DNA of 64,000 nucleotides from Nemertoderma westbladi (taxonomy: Eukaryota; Animalia; Xenacoelomorpha). Position 1 is the first letter of the stretch, and every line of letters begins with the position of its first letter. The DNA is taken from the NCBI GenBank assembly GCA_032718475.1, contig JAUCBJ010000341.1, forward strand, positions 1-64,000, in the 5' to 3' direction. A program made the position numbers and the translations under genes. Under the pieces are notes generated by a model that saw nothing but the letters and a program-made list of their open reading frames with translations, did not search any database and was not told where the DNA came from. Of the stretch, positions 25,501-36,322 are shown one piece after another.

Positions 25501-27237
25501 TCGGAAAATAAGGTAAGTGAGAAACCCGCTTCTAGGAGAAGAGTAACACCGGTGTGTTACACTGACGACGGCGAAAGCCAAGCCTCTCAAGAAGAGGACA
25601 GCGGGAAAGACACAGATCGATCTTACTATGTTGACAAAACCTCAAAAGACGTAAGTAAATACAAGTCTCGAATCAGTGACAGGAGAGAACAGGTAACAAC
25701 AACTCCTCCTACGTCTCCTAAGAGAATTCACGGAAGAAAGCCCGAAGAAAGAACGATAGTGCATAACGTTACCCAAGGTAAGGTGAGTAACATCAAACCA
25801 AAATGTGCGCTGTGCGACGGGCCCCACCGTTTGAGTGCATGTGCTGAATTTCTAAAGAAATCCCCTGTAGACAGACGTACAGTCCTGTGGAGTAAGCGGT
25901 TATGCTATAATTGCCTCAGATCAGGACACCAACGGCGAACCTGTTACTCCGACGTAAAGTGTGCAAAGTGTGGCGCGAAACATCACATCTTGTTACACAG
26001 TGAGTTCGAACGAGACAACCCGAGTCAGGTAAGTGAGCCCAAACTACATGTCCAATTCAGTGATGTAAATGACACTGATCAAGAGTCTGAGATGGAAGGA
26101 TTCTATACTGACGAATTCTCCGACGCCAACGAATCCTGTTACCTAATAAATACCTCAGTGTATCGAGCACTTACTTATGAAAAGGACACCGACAATGAGT
26201 TCCCCCCAACTACTTTTGCCAGACAACCGTCTTGGAAAGCTCCAACTTCCAACGTAGGAATCAGAGAATTTCCTGTAGTGCAGGTAAGAGTTCATGGTCC
26301 TAACAATAGTTACATAGTGAACGCCCTCCTTGACTCCGGCAGCACAGGAACATTCATCGATCAAGAACTAGCCGAAGATATTTTTGCTGGACAACCCAAA
26401 TTCCGGACTAAATTGAATATGTCAGGAATTATGCAGGTTTGGAAATCTACCCTAACGGTAGACTACTATGTAGGTGTGTTGTCCACCCCCCAGGATAAAT
26501 TAGGAGCACAAGGTATAAGGTCGGTAAAAATGGTGGCTATAAAGAACTTTGCTGCTACCCAAGCAGACCTTTATAATTGGGACGAGGATGAGAGCATCCA
26601 ACATCTTAAGATACCTCGATTCCAGACAGATTATCCTGGAGTGCAAATACTCATCGGCCAAAACGCGCATGAGGCGCTCGAGACATTGGAGAAACGGCCT
26701 GCTCAACCGCAGCCACTACAAACCTATGCGGTAAGAACTAGAGTAGGTTGGTACTTCACTGGCCCTTCCTGTAGAACTCTCAAAGAGAGATTACCTCAAC
26801 AACAGGTATACCAAGTAAAGGAATGGGAAGTGGAGAGCAGTGATGTGGACGATCCAACTGAGGGAACACCATACTCCTCAGATAATGACGATATTAACTC
26901 CAATGTAGATCAATGGAGACATTGCCTTGGGACGATTAATCCAGCCGACATCGCTTCCAGAGGAGCAACTCCTCAAGAACTGATAGATACTCCAGGCTGG
27001 TTAGGTGGATCCGACTTCTTAAGTAAAGAAGAAGAAGAATGGCCTCCTCATCTTACCACGGCAGAGATTAGACAGGCCAAGGGAGCGGAGAAAGTAACAC
27101 AACAACTAAATCGCCCAGCTAGTCGTTTATGTTTACTGGAAAGAGACCGAAAACTGTCCGGAAACTATGGAAGGCAAGATACTCTTCCTACGACCACTTC
27201 CCTAATCCGACAAATATCTAGGGACTCCATAACGTAA
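22570..27237 (+). CDS. Bel/Pao Gag-protease polyprotein (1555 aa) with in-frame deletion of RT, most of RNase H and integrase
   Basis: Capsid-like FNGDEMKWLPF..EKLRFL..L..RYG; three Zn knuckles (CALCDGPH..C, CYNCLRSGH...C, CAKCGAKHHILLH); aspartic protease LLDSGS; junctions SSDNDDI|NSNVDQWRH and GAEKV|TQQLNRP. Confidence 0.92.
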   Translation: MSDTQQNLSDSLIDTTICDTDRSVERLRKEFSSPPTERKVIPPVVVSDPKLIQHRRSIIGTRAQVKRNQEAAVPQQQQPSQKTCSQRSDSSSSSDTVELTPERGLQMAAKAYSDPLLTLPAAVLTTILIAVEEHQADWARNKRATQDNYAGYAREELMSIVESQWNFPGPGLPLDLSEATWEDIHRMGVAKDTMDPAVWKRSAAGYVQGFFCSLERLEEQLFRQPQGPQEQEELLYQVRERTLRIRLILSAFEETSKRRQDTSLQVAVKTWFQRVGLQVQETDQWKSQLSERRTYDEPTDVTLPQVEGEETAERPRTRDAIDIYLSDYQRFLGDEELRRRLSGLSPNSEGTQRVLDSIDAEMLAANQAEFDEKLRLTRVQEEQVKKRRIEEQKAAAMAEAEVERKAAAAEAEAERKAAAAEAEAERKAEKAAAAEAEAERKAAAAEAEAERKAAKAVAEAERRASEQTTQLELENLQETQDNINKQLTASQMQMMRRSTPKRQGYTSSEESETTDPEGRGNRSRLSRRRKTSHRHKLPDLPPAVRRQLASTDLGSTEPAYQTIQVKRLPTIVDEPEIIRPVVPKVTSVLETPVLPELNSKFPLHSTTLPVPGRTVQENIPVLIAEREIKDLSPVVQRRPATMLATPASAVEWVEEGRRGMNLLLGQMQETVHQLKGTVRAELQEVQQSIALERDKLVNIQKGIPIPPVKLCQPVRSEVLHAQGVEPTRIYTASEVETPIANPIKGDYRPVVNDIPYRPDNDPRNLYTDNSILNNTMAQESFTRQMARTEACQAVKVGEIVKFNGDEMKWLPFNEYYKDSIQNSVLSNGEKLRFLIKCLEGPPRLMALKFIGHPDGLRQVWDTLNVRYGNKDNIAKYLYAKLVAPRHFLSSGIIEFSDEIQEICRQLDWLGKSHEYQSSMVIGAIVSTLPKGGVCTCWDKKVLYMNEQQRRSPTMADLMSFLDGEVKLQLIKQSREKTSENKVSEKPASRRRVTPVCYTDDGESQASQEEDSGKDTDRSYYVDKTSKDVSKYKSRISDRREQVTTTPPTSPKRIHGRKPEERTIVHNVTQGKVSNIKPKCALCDGPHRLSACAEFLKKSPVDRRTVLWSKRLCYNCLRSGHQRRTCYSDVKCAKCGAKHHILLHSEFERDNPSQVSEPKLHVQFSDVNDTDQESEMEGFYTDEFSDANESCYLINTSVYRALTYEKDTDNEFPPTTFARQPSWKAPTSNVGIREFPVVQVRVHGPNNSYIVNALLDSGSTGTFIDQELAEDIFAGQPKFRTKLNMSGIMQVWKSTLTVDYYVGVLSTPQDKLGAQGIRSVKMVAIKNFAATQADLYNWDEDESIQHLKIPRFQTDYPGVQILIGQNAHEALETLEKRPAQPQPLQTYAVRTRVGWYFTGPSCRTLKERLPQQQVYQVKEWEVESSDVDDPTEGTPYSSDNDDINSNVDQWRHCLGTINPADIASRGATPQELIDTPGWLGGSDFLSKEEEEWPPHLTTAEIRQAKGAEKVTQQLNRPASRLCLLERDRKLSGNYGRQDTLPTTTSLIRQISRDSIT
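23745..23955 (+). repeat. 33-bp coding repeat (AAAAEAEAERK)n in gag
   Basis: Direct reading; predicted charged helix. Confidence 0.85.
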
Positions 27238-28125
27238 TAACATATGGAGTGGGCGTGTGACTATATCATTTTATATTTGTTTTATTTTATATTTATGTAT
27301 GTATTATTATGTAATTTTATTATAATCGTTTTCTTTAATTTTATTTAGTAGAATGTTATTTTAGTGATTATTTAGTAGATTAGTGCAATATATTAGTGTT
27401 TATTACGTACGTAATTACTTATCATATATATTTAGTGCGACGGCGAGAAATAATTATTTTTCTCTTTCCTTACTGTCCGTATCATATTATAAATACGTGA
27501 CTACAGTAAGATGAAATGTCTGTACTTATTAAAGTACAATAAAGCCACTACTATATTCAAGTATTATTGGTAGGCAGAGTATTAGGAATGCAAAGTTCAG
27601 ATCCTCGTGTCTCGGCTAAACCAAGCTCTGGGTAGACCTTGGAAACGACTTGCCTCTTCACACTGACATTGCTTCTACCTCTTGCTCTTCTACCTTATAT
27701 TAAATAATACATATAGTAGCGTGATGTCCCTCTAACAGTAGCGTAAAACGCAAATAAATCTGTTAAACCTTTTGACCATCTGTAATTCTAGTCGATTAAG
27801 ATATCGCGGCACCCACCGATATACTTGAAAGACAAATTCTAGAATCAGTGGTTAACGTCCCCAGACAAGTTCTGGAATAAATCGGTGCCCATCTTAAATA
27901 TTAATTTAATATTTATTAAAATCTGTAAAATTCAGATCCGTTAACAATTCTAGTCGATTAAGATATCGTAGCACTTACCGATACTCTTAAAAGACAAATT
28001 TCATAGAATTAAGGATCCTATGTCCCCAGACCTGCTCTGGAATCAAATTGTGTCAATTTTAACATCAAATAATAAAATTCACGGGAATAAATTTAAAGTC
28101 ATATTTTTTAAATGAATTTCATAAA

Positions 28126-28980
28126 TTGTCATTTTATACGGAGATTCGGAGATATCTCGATATTACCAGTCAACAGAATCTAGAAACTCGATATCCTCAA
28201 GGTATACATCATGACCGCATGGTAGAACTCAAACGGCTCTATTTCACTATGATGTATCTTACCGCCGATCGTCCACTACCTGTTATCCCGGATAGTTTTG
28301 AACAAATGGAAGAATATTGCAAAACTGGAGAACGTTCACCCGCGTTTCCTCTACAGGACGTACGTCTTTGGTATTATTGTGACGAATGCCCTAGACCCAA
28401 CCAACAAACGGAAAGACACAAACATCTGCGGAGACGTTGCGCTAAACATAGTTTTACGCGTTACACTTACGGGAGTTTCGAGCGAAACCTGTTCGACATA
28501 CCACCCACGATCGCTCGTCTTAAACGATCACTGAATAAACCCATGATCAGAGTTCCGGAATACTCGGTCAGGCCTCCTCATTCCCTAGTGAGACCTCAAA
28601 CTCTTGATCCTAACAGTATCACTGATCCTCCCGAACTATATTCTCTGTTCAAAGACTTAGTGTTACCCGAACAATTAATCGGTGGTGCTCCGGTAGTGGG
28701 TTCGTTAGACATCCGCCCATCCTACTTAGCCGGATTGGGACGCGGGCAGCTAATATCGCCCTTTGATCCTTACAATCGTCCAGGATTAAACCCGATGCAA
28801 CCCGCCACGGAAGTAGAGGAGAGCGTTATAAGAAACGCTTTAGACGCCATTCGACAGAAAATCGGAAAGGGAACACAAGATTGTTTAGAGAAACGTAAAT
28901 TACAACAACAAGTCCAATCGGTGAAGGAGTTAGCCTTGCAAAGTTCGATAGGGAAATCCAAAACCTCGAGGAAGACATAG
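28126..28980 (+). CDS. Accessory gene of copy B, upstream part (N-terminally truncated; 1-nt frameshift near 28940 relative to the downstream part)
   Basis: Homologous to remnants at 35410-35830 and 51927-52560; WYYCDEC..H.H...C..H putative Zn site; the 29124 frame stays open upstream (KFDREIQNLEEDIELGR...). Confidence 0.7.
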   Translation: MSFYTEIRRYLDITSQQNLETRYPQGIHHDRMVELKRLYFTMMYLTADRPLPVIPDSFEQMEEYCKTGERSPAFPLQDVRLWYYCDECPRPNQQTERHKHLRRRCAKHSFTRYTYGSFERNLFDIPPTIARLKRSLNKPMIRVPEYSVRPPHSLVRPQTLDPNSITDPPELYSLFKDLVLPEQLIGGAPVVGSLDIRPSYLAGLGRGQLISPFDPYNRPGLNPMQPATEVEESVIRNALDAIRQKIGKGTQDCLEKRKLQQQVQSVKELALQSSIGKSKTSRKT

Positions 28981-29123
28981 AGCTTGGACGCACGTATTCT
29001 CTACAAGAATTTTTAGATGAACGCTTACAGAGACAAGCGGAAGAAATTCTACTCGAGGAGAAACACACGAAACTGGAAGAGAGAGAAGAAGCCGCTTTAG
29101 CCCAACCGGAAGCTCAAATCCTC

Positions 29124-31964
29124 ATGACGGACCTCTACTCTAAAACCGTTCGTCATCCCTCGATGATTCCACATTTCGGGGACAAGCTCTTCGCGACGAT
29201 ACAACCTCAACCGGTTGATATCAGTACAGGATCGCCAAATCTTATCGCTGACGCCCCTATGTTACAGCGTCCGCCGATCGAGGCCGCTCGTGTTGACGGT
29301 ATACTCGTCGAACCTCCGGACAATCGAGCGGATCTTGTCCGTCGTATGGTACACGATGTCAACATACGCGCTAGACCTTTACAGAACTCGTTTTATGGGA
29401 TTAAAGACCACCCTTATTACGTTAATCTGACTCAATATTATATGGTAAAGCCTGAAGACCCGACACATAATTTAAAGTTTCTACCACTAATAAATCCTCT
29501 AGACATTGTCGAACTCGAACAATTGCAGAAACATCTGGATCAGTTAGTAAAGGTAAACTCATTTAGAAAACCATATAACATTTCTCGAATCGAGAAAGAT
29601 ATAGAACCTCCTTATAATCTCGATGGATTTATTAAAACTCGATTAGTCCATTGGAATCTAGATGTATTATTTGAAGAAGAGAAAATACAAAGATATGGAA
29701 ATGTGGAGACGTATACCACTCGGCACATGAAGTATAGTGATCTCCCTGACGCTAACCAATGCGCCACCTTGTGGCATCCAGTAGGGATGACCCTAGAGAA
29801 CGCCACCAAGGAGTGGAATGAAACTCTTAATGTTATTGAGATGTATGGAGTTGTCACCTACGATAATGAAGGTAGCGTTCCGGTCGGAGAACTAGGAACT
29901 ACGCGCATGATTCACATACGCGGATTAGCTGGTTCTACCCACGTGTTTACTCGAGCGTGTTCCGACGTGATTGATTATTCCTTTGAAACTCTCACCGAAA
30001 CACAAAAGAATCTCCGACATGGACAATTCGAACTCGCGCAGCGTTACGTCATTGACACCGAACGCAAACCGGCCATGGGCATCGATGGATCGATGTTACC
30101 CCAGCCCGTACTCAAGATGTTGTTCAACGAAAGAATCCTTAAAATCGGCTCAGCTGTTTATGGAGATCTCCAAAACGACTTTCGGAATATGGAGAACATT
30201 CCATACCCTTTCGTTGATACTCAGCTGATTGCTCCCTGGGCAGAAGGTCGAGGTTTCTTCCGCACTATGTATGCTAATACGCCTAGCAACATTACCAAGG
30301 TGCAACGAACTTCCATCGGACATCTTGCCTTTCAGGAATACGGATGGAATTTCAAAGTCGGAAATCCCATTAACTATCAACAAGTATACGGAGATCATTA
30401 TTCTCGATTGTACTTTGATGGACCATTAACCGCACCTGGCGCCGTGTATAGCTTCATGAGTGTTCCACTCCGTCCCTCCTTAGCTATATACACGATCTTT
30501 GAAAACACCGCACTTGCCGGTTGGCTAGCCGATGTGTGCAGTCGTACTATACGCGCCCATCCATTAATACTTGGGACCAAACTCGCTAAGCTAGATGAAC
30601 ATAATAAATTCATCCGTTTCGAATGTTTCCGGCGATTTTTAACCCCGTTCCGCAACGTGGATAGCCAATTTAAAGACCGCGCTTTGACCAAACTCAGCCT
30701 AAGAAACTCAGCTGCAGAGAAGTTGGATAGCGCTGGATTCGCCATTTTCAAAGAGATTTGTATATCGAACTTGCACTCCTCTGTTATACAAAGACCTCGA
30801 ATCCCCACAGGTTATTCTGTCGTGGAAATTCAGACAATAGGTCCACCTGAAGAGACAGACGCGCCCACTTCAGCTATGCACTTGGAAGACGAACCAATAT
30901 GTCTAGAATCTGAAGAGATTCAGCCTATGGCGCCCCGGAACAGCGACAACGATTACATCATAGAATGGTATCAAGGTCCACAGTGTCTCACTGCGTACGA
31001 TTATCGACATGCCAACTATGTTTCTAGGCAACGTTGTCGGTTATGCGCATCGAGAGACCACGATACGCCCATGGACACCAACGTCCGCTGTTCCTATTTC
31101 CAAGAACAACCGACTATGGAAATTTATTGCGCATATTGCAGACTCAATAACTTGCATATCTTTGCGGTTTGCCCTCAATTTATGACTCAATGTCACCATT
31201 GTCAACTAAAGGGACATGCTAGTTTCGACTGCCCTTTTAATCACGATTTGGAAAGCGTAGATGAAATGATCACACTACGTTACATCAGAGCTTGGGAAGC
31301 GAACGCTGATTTACATTGTGATTCGCGCCATCGCTATTATCCCAGACGCGCTTACGAAGGAGTTTATGCGTTCCATCCTTATCTATTCGCTTCGGTTGAA
31401 CAGAAATCACGCATATCAAGTTACGAGCTACTGAAGCGCGTTGGAGAATGTATTTCAACCAAATTCGTACGCAAATTTCTCAGGAATGTTAATCCTAGCG
31501 ACCTTCATTCCTATAACTTAATCAATTATATCCGTCAGGATCCGGACTATGGAGACTTGTTTGTTAACTCACACCCCGAGTTACAGGAAGTATATCGACG
31601 GCCTTATGAATACCGAGCCCGCGAACGCGAGTTGGAAAGGACCATTAAACCCCGGAGGTTTCTAACTGCCTATGGTCCACCCACGGCCCTCGTTCAGACC
31701 ACTCGTAAAGGACCCGTAAGAGCGGCTGTCTTGAAACGAGCTCTCAAAGCCGTTAGACCCCTCTCCCCGGACGTTGATGTCAATCAACCCGGTACTTCGA
31801 CTGGCGGATACACCGACCATAATCCTACACCCTCTGATGCAATCATATTGCACCCTTCACCCAGGAGTTATAGCCCTCCTTGTAAAGTGGCTCGCCCCAA
31901 AGAGAAAAGGACTCTGGCTAGCTTTAAGAAACTGCGTAAACGTCGTCCGCGCAAGAAAGACTAA
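29124..31964 (+). CDS. Accessory protein: DEDDy (WRN/EXD/Mut-7-like) 3'-5' exonuclease domain, CCHC zinc knuckles, basic NLS-like tail
   Basis: ExoI VVTYDNE (D247/E249); ExoII LPQPVLKMLFNERILKIGSAVYGD (D348); FVDTQLIA; SIGHLAFQEYG; ExoIII PLRPSLAIYTIFE (Y456/E460); CAYCRLNNLH....C and CHHCQLKGHASFDC; KKLRKRRPRKKD. Confidence 0.75.
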   Translation: MTDLYSKTVRHPSMIPHFGDKLFATIQPQPVDISTGSPNLIADAPMLQRPPIEAARVDGILVEPPDNRADLVRRMVHDVNIRARPLQNSFYGIKDHPYYVNLTQYYMVKPEDPTHNLKFLPLINPLDIVELEQLQKHLDQLVKVNSFRKPYNISRIEKDIEPPYNLDGFIKTRLVHWNLDVLFEEEKIQRYGNVETYTTRHMKYSDLPDANQCATLWHPVGMTLENATKEWNETLNVIEMYGVVTYDNEGSVPVGELGTTRMIHIRGLAGSTHVFTRACSDVIDYSFETLTETQKNLRHGQFELAQRYVIDTERKPAMGIDGSMLPQPVLKMLFNERILKIGSAVYGDLQNDFRNMENIPYPFVDTQLIAPWAEGRGFFRTMYANTPSNITKVQRTSIGHLAFQEYGWNFKVGNPINYQQVYGDHYSRLYFDGPLTAPGAVYSFMSVPLRPSLAIYTIFENTALAGWLADVCSRTIRAHPLILGTKLAKLDEHNKFIRFECFRRFLTPFRNVDSQFKDRALTKLSLRNSAAEKLDSAGFAIFKEICISNLHSSVIQRPRIPTGYSVVEIQTIGPPEETDAPTSAMHLEDEPICLESEEIQPMAPRNSDNDYIIEWYQGPQCLTAYDYRHANYVSRQRCRLCASRDHDTPMDTNVRCSYFQEQPTMEIYCAYCRLNNLHIFAVCPQFMTQCHHCQLKGHASFDCPFNHDLESVDEMITLRYIRAWEANADLHCDSRHRYYPRRAYEGVYAFHPYLFASVEQKSRISSYELLKRVGECISTKFVRKFLRNVNPSDLHSYNLINYIRQDPDYGDLFVNSHPELQEVYRRPYEYRARERELERTIKPRRFLTAYGPPTALVQTTRKGPVRAAVLKRALKAVRPLSPDVDVNQPGTSTGGYTDHNPTPSDAIILHPSPRSYSPPCKVARPKEKRTLASFKKLRKRRPRKKD

Positions 31965-32042
31965 CTGTTTAGAGTATTTACGTATATTAGAAACTGTGAT
32001 TTTGTATATTTTATAGACTCAAATCCCATTTTCTGGGAGCGG

Positions 32043-32509
32043 TGTAAAAGCTTCTGTGGGATGTAACTGGCCCTTTTGCTTCGCAATCCAGTTTCCCCCC
32101 TAGGCGCTGGAATATTCTAAAAGGCTCTATAACTATATATATATTCCCCTCGCCCGCAAGGTACCGTTATAGGTGTTTTAACGGACATAAAAGTCATTCT
32201 GCTATATACGTGTTTTGGCGGACATGGTAAGGCAAAAAACCTGCAATGCACCAAATACCTTTCACAGCTTAGCCGTGATGATTCATATTACGACATCTAA
32301 CAGCTGGTTGCTGACATGGAAACAGCCATTGGCCACATGGTTCTTTGTTTAGCTTAAGCCAATCAGAGCGATTTCTTCTGTCGATGTGGAGCTTTCGGCC
32401 GATCATACTAGGAGTGTTCAGTCTTACTGTTTTGGTGATACTGTTGTGTTATTGCTATCTAGGCCAGGAACACCGGCTCTAGAGTCAACTCGGTTTCATA
32501 CTTTAGAAG
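32043..32509 (+). repeat. 3' LTR of copy B, proximal part
   Basis: Near-identical to 19083-19549 (two substitutions seen); preceded by the PPT. Confidence 0.93.
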
Positions 32510-33657
32510 GAAACAACATGTTCCTATCTGTTCAACCGTAAGTAGTCATCGTTTTATTTAAGCAGGGACACAAAGCGCAACCCTGTTTAAATACTGTAAG
32601 TAAAATTATCACATTGGTTACATTTTTGCATATGTGTTTCGCCGGGATTTGGCTCATCAGCTACACTAACCCGTGCATGCAGGACACATGTTAATCAAAC
32701 TAACTACACCAAAAACCAGCTAAACACACACACATACTTAATAAACAAAATAGTATTGCATTCCAGATCAAATAAGCAATCATTTCCTTAGCAACGCTAT
32801 ATTAGATAATTTATATCCTTCCACGGCTTAGAAAATATAGATTATAAATTTAGCAAGTCAAAGCCGTTGGGGTGTGGGATCCGGTTACAAAAATTAAATA
32901 TATAAATATAAATGTAAGGAAACCAAGATCAACCACGTTAAATAAATTATTTGGAAACAGAGAAACAACATGTTCCTATCTGTTCAACCGTAAGTAGTCA
33001 TCGTTTTATTTAAGCAGGGACACAAAGCGCAACCCTGTTTAAATACTGTAAGTAAAATTATCACATTGGTTACATTTTTGCATATGTGTTTCGCCGGGAT
33101 TTGGCTCATCAGCTACACTAACCCGTGCATGCAGGACACATGTTAATCAAACTAACTACACCAAAAACCAGCTAAACACACACACATACTTAATAAACAA
33201 AATAGTATTGCATTCCAGATCAAATAAGCAATCATTTCCTTAGCAACGCTATATTAGATAATTTATATCCTTCCACGGCTTAGAAAATATAGATTATAAA
33301 TTTAGCAAGTCAAAGCCGTTGGGGTGTGGGATCCGGTTACAAAAATTAAATATATAAATATAAATGTAAGGAAACCAAGATCAACCACGTTAAATAAATT
33401 ATTTGGAAACAGAGAAACAACATGTTCCTATCTGTTCAACCGTAAGTAGTCATCGTTTTATTTAAGCAGGGACACAAAGCGCAACCCTGTTTAAATACTG
33501 TAAGTTAAATTATCACATTGGTTACATTTTTGCATATGTGATTCGCCAGGATTTGGCTCATCAGCTACACTAACCCGTGCAGGACACATGCACGGGTATA
33601 CATCTAAGCCGTGGAAGAATATAAATTATCTAAAATAGCGTTGCTAAGGAAATGATT
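32510..33657. repeat. 452-bp tandem repeat (~2.4 copies) followed by a short inverted piece of the unit (~33604-33657)
   Basis: AAACAACATG at 32511, 32963 and 33415. Confidence 0.9.
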
Positions 33658-34885
33658 TGTTCGCGCTTTCAGACCTTTAGCAGTTTAACCTGCCAAATTT
33701 GGATGTCTTCTAGATAATAAATCGACTTTAGCCTATGACGAGTATTTGATACACTACATTAGCCGAAGCCAGTCTATGCGCGACCATTCACCCGCTGGAT
33801 ATACCCGGGAGACTGGATTCGGAAGCCTAACCTTATTGCGGTGTAGGCCTACTGTATTATTCGACTGATCGTAATATATAATTTCTGACAAATATTATTC
33901 ACTTTCGGGAAATATGAACAGTTCCTTTAGGACGTGGCGCTCTAAATATGTAAACAGAGTTATGACTTAAACTAGACACAACGGGATGGCTATGGATTCA
34001 CGTATATAGCGCATTCTTTAGGAGATGCTTTGTTATCAGTCACAATCATACACACTACTGCACAATGCTGCACACCGATCTGCCGACCTTCACTAATTTA
34101 GTCACATATAAAGAGAACAACGACCGATACATGTAGTGCCTATGAAATAGCATTAGATTCACTTCAAAACCACTTTAATGTAAGTCGCAATCGTTATATG
34201 TAACCGGTCTCTCTTACCTTCAGTATATCAAGAAGATTGAGGGTTTTATGATTAATTTATCGATATTATCCAATATAATAATATTCCATCAACTGATATA
34301 ATGAATAACCGACAGTAAATAGCAGTAAAAATGCGGTGTTTGTAGTTGACAATATGATTAGGTGAGTTATGTTATGATTGATTTGTTAAGTAAGATAACA
34401 GATATACGTTTCTATGATTAAGCCTACTAATGTTGGGCTAAAGCCTGAAACCACAGAGATTCCAAAGCCGGTCATCTGGCTATGGACAAAATACACATAC
34501 TGATCCTTCTGGGCTGTTGTAGGTATCTTTCAACACAAAGAGAAACAGCTCTCATTGGCCGAGTTCCAGATTCTGTAGGTTCCACGAATGTCTAAATGCC
34601 GAACTATTCGGGTTTTTGCAGCCCATATTCAACACAAGGCGAAATCGCTCTGATTGGTGGATCATTGTTCTGATTGGTTGATCGAACAGAACAAAGAGCC
34701 TATAGGCGTACAGCAAATCGGTTGGTAGATTGCGTCATTTGAGTTAGGTAGTTTAGAGTATTTGAGCGCATTGTGGGAAAACTGGCTTTTTATGTCCGCT
34801 AAAGCACACATGCAGTCCTCTAAAAACACCTTACACAGTACATTGCGGAGAAAAGGGCCCTTTATATCCCGCAAAAGCTTTTGCA
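33658..34885 (-). repeat. 3' LTR of copy A (1228 bp)
   Basis: Minus strand TGCAAAAG...CGCGAACA; homologous to the other LTRs. Confidence 0.88.
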
Positions 34886-34963
34886 CCGCTCCCAGAAAAT
34901 GGGATTTAATTCTATAAAATATAAAAAATCACAGTTTCTAAAATATAAAAATACTCTAAACAG

Positions 34964-36322
34964 CTAGTCTTTCTTGCGCGGACGGCGTTTACGCAGTTTT
35001 TTGAGGCTAGCAAGAGTCCTTTTCTCTTTGGAGCGAGCCACTTTACTAGGAGAGCTGTAACTCCTGGGTGAAGGGTGCAATACAATTGCATCAGAAGGTT
35101 TAGGGTTACGGTCGATGTCTCGTCCATTTCGATATGCTTCTCCTCGAGCTGATTTTCCTCCGCTTATCGTTGGATGCATTCGTCCAAAACTCTTGCAGAG
35201 AATAGGGTCGTCCAAGTTCGATATCTTCTTAGAGATTCTGAATTTCCTGATCGAACTGAGATAAAATTAATTCGTTTACCGCTTGGACTTGCTGCTGCAA
35301 TTTACGTTTCTCTAAACAATTGTAGGTTCATTTTCCGATCTTTTGACGAATAGTGTCCAACGCATTTCGTACAACTCTTTCCTCCGCCTCGGTGACAGGT
35401 TGTATCGGGTTAAACAGGGACGATGATACGGTTGAGTGGCGATATTAGATGTCTGCGTCCCAATCCGACTAGGTAAGATGGGTGAATATGTAGGGAGCCC
35501 ACAACCGGAGTGCCACCGACTAACTGTTCGGGTAACACTAGATCTTTGAACAGTGAGTACAGTTCGGGAGGATCCATGATACTATTAGGATCAAGAGTCT
35601 GAAGTCTAACTAGGGAATGAGGAGGTCTGACCGAGTATTCTGGAACTCTGATCATAGGTTTATTTAAGGATTGTTTGAATCGAGCGAGCGTAGGTGATAC
35701 ATCGAACAAGTTTCGCTCGAAACTCCTGTAAATATAGCGAGTAAAACCGTGTTTAAAGCAACGTCTCCGCGGATATTTATGTCTTTCCGTTTGTTGGTTG
35801 GGTCTTGGGCATTCATTGCAATACTACCAAAGACGCACGTCTTGTAGGGGAAACGCGGGTGATATTTATTCGGTTTTACAATGTTTCTCTCAAGAATTCC
35901 AAATATACGTTGGAGTTACCGCGTTTATCCGGTTCTTTAACGTCTTCTCTTTCAAGTCGATTTCGAATAGAATTTTCGCATTCGATTCTCAATTTATCGT
36001 TCCGACTCCGCTGGGTATGATATTTAAATAGGACCATTTCCCTTTCGGTGTCGATATCGTCCGTATCGTGTAAATCGATAGGATGGCCAGTAGTTAAGAA
36101 GTCCATATACGTACCATTACAATGCGTATAGCGAACAGTGAATTTTCGATAGTCCAATTCACGCGTAAGTTGCTCCTGGGACATCGGCGGTTCGATATAA
36201 CGACCATCGTCCTCCGTAGTAGTTGGACTAGCATCGCTGCGTATCAAGCTATCAACAAACGCTTGCAACGGTAGAGTATATTTCTCCCTGATACCAAGAT
36301 CATCTTCTATCAACTGAGTCAT
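34964..36322 (-). pseudogene. Accessory gene remnant of copy A (keeps the N-terminus MTQLIEDD..., lacks the exonuclease and knuckle region)
   Basis: ORF pieces 35410-35709 and 34964-35215 match ORFs 28126 and 29124; 35876-36322 matches the copy C remnant; internal deletion, TAA and frameshifts. Confidence 0.85.

Larger units (their letters stand above)
19083..32509 (+). mobile_element. Bel/Pao copy B: non-autonomous LTR retrotransposon (LTR, gag-PR, deleted pol, accessory exonuclease gene, PPT, LTR). The distal 3' LTR is displaced to 42529-43310.
   Basis: 5' LTR 19083-20336; PPT GGGAGCGG before the 3' LTR at 32043; TSD CGCAC at 19078-82 and, inverted, at 42524-28. Confidence 0.92.

Noticed and set aside
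28930-28985. Programmed frameshift between ORFs 28126 and 29124
   Set aside because: Copies A and C are in frame here and no slippery heptamer is present, so a 1-nt deletion or sequencing error is more likely.
29124-31964. Accessory ORF as an env gene
   Set aside because: No signal peptide or hydrophobic TM helix is visible; it has nuclease and knuckle motifs and a basic tail.
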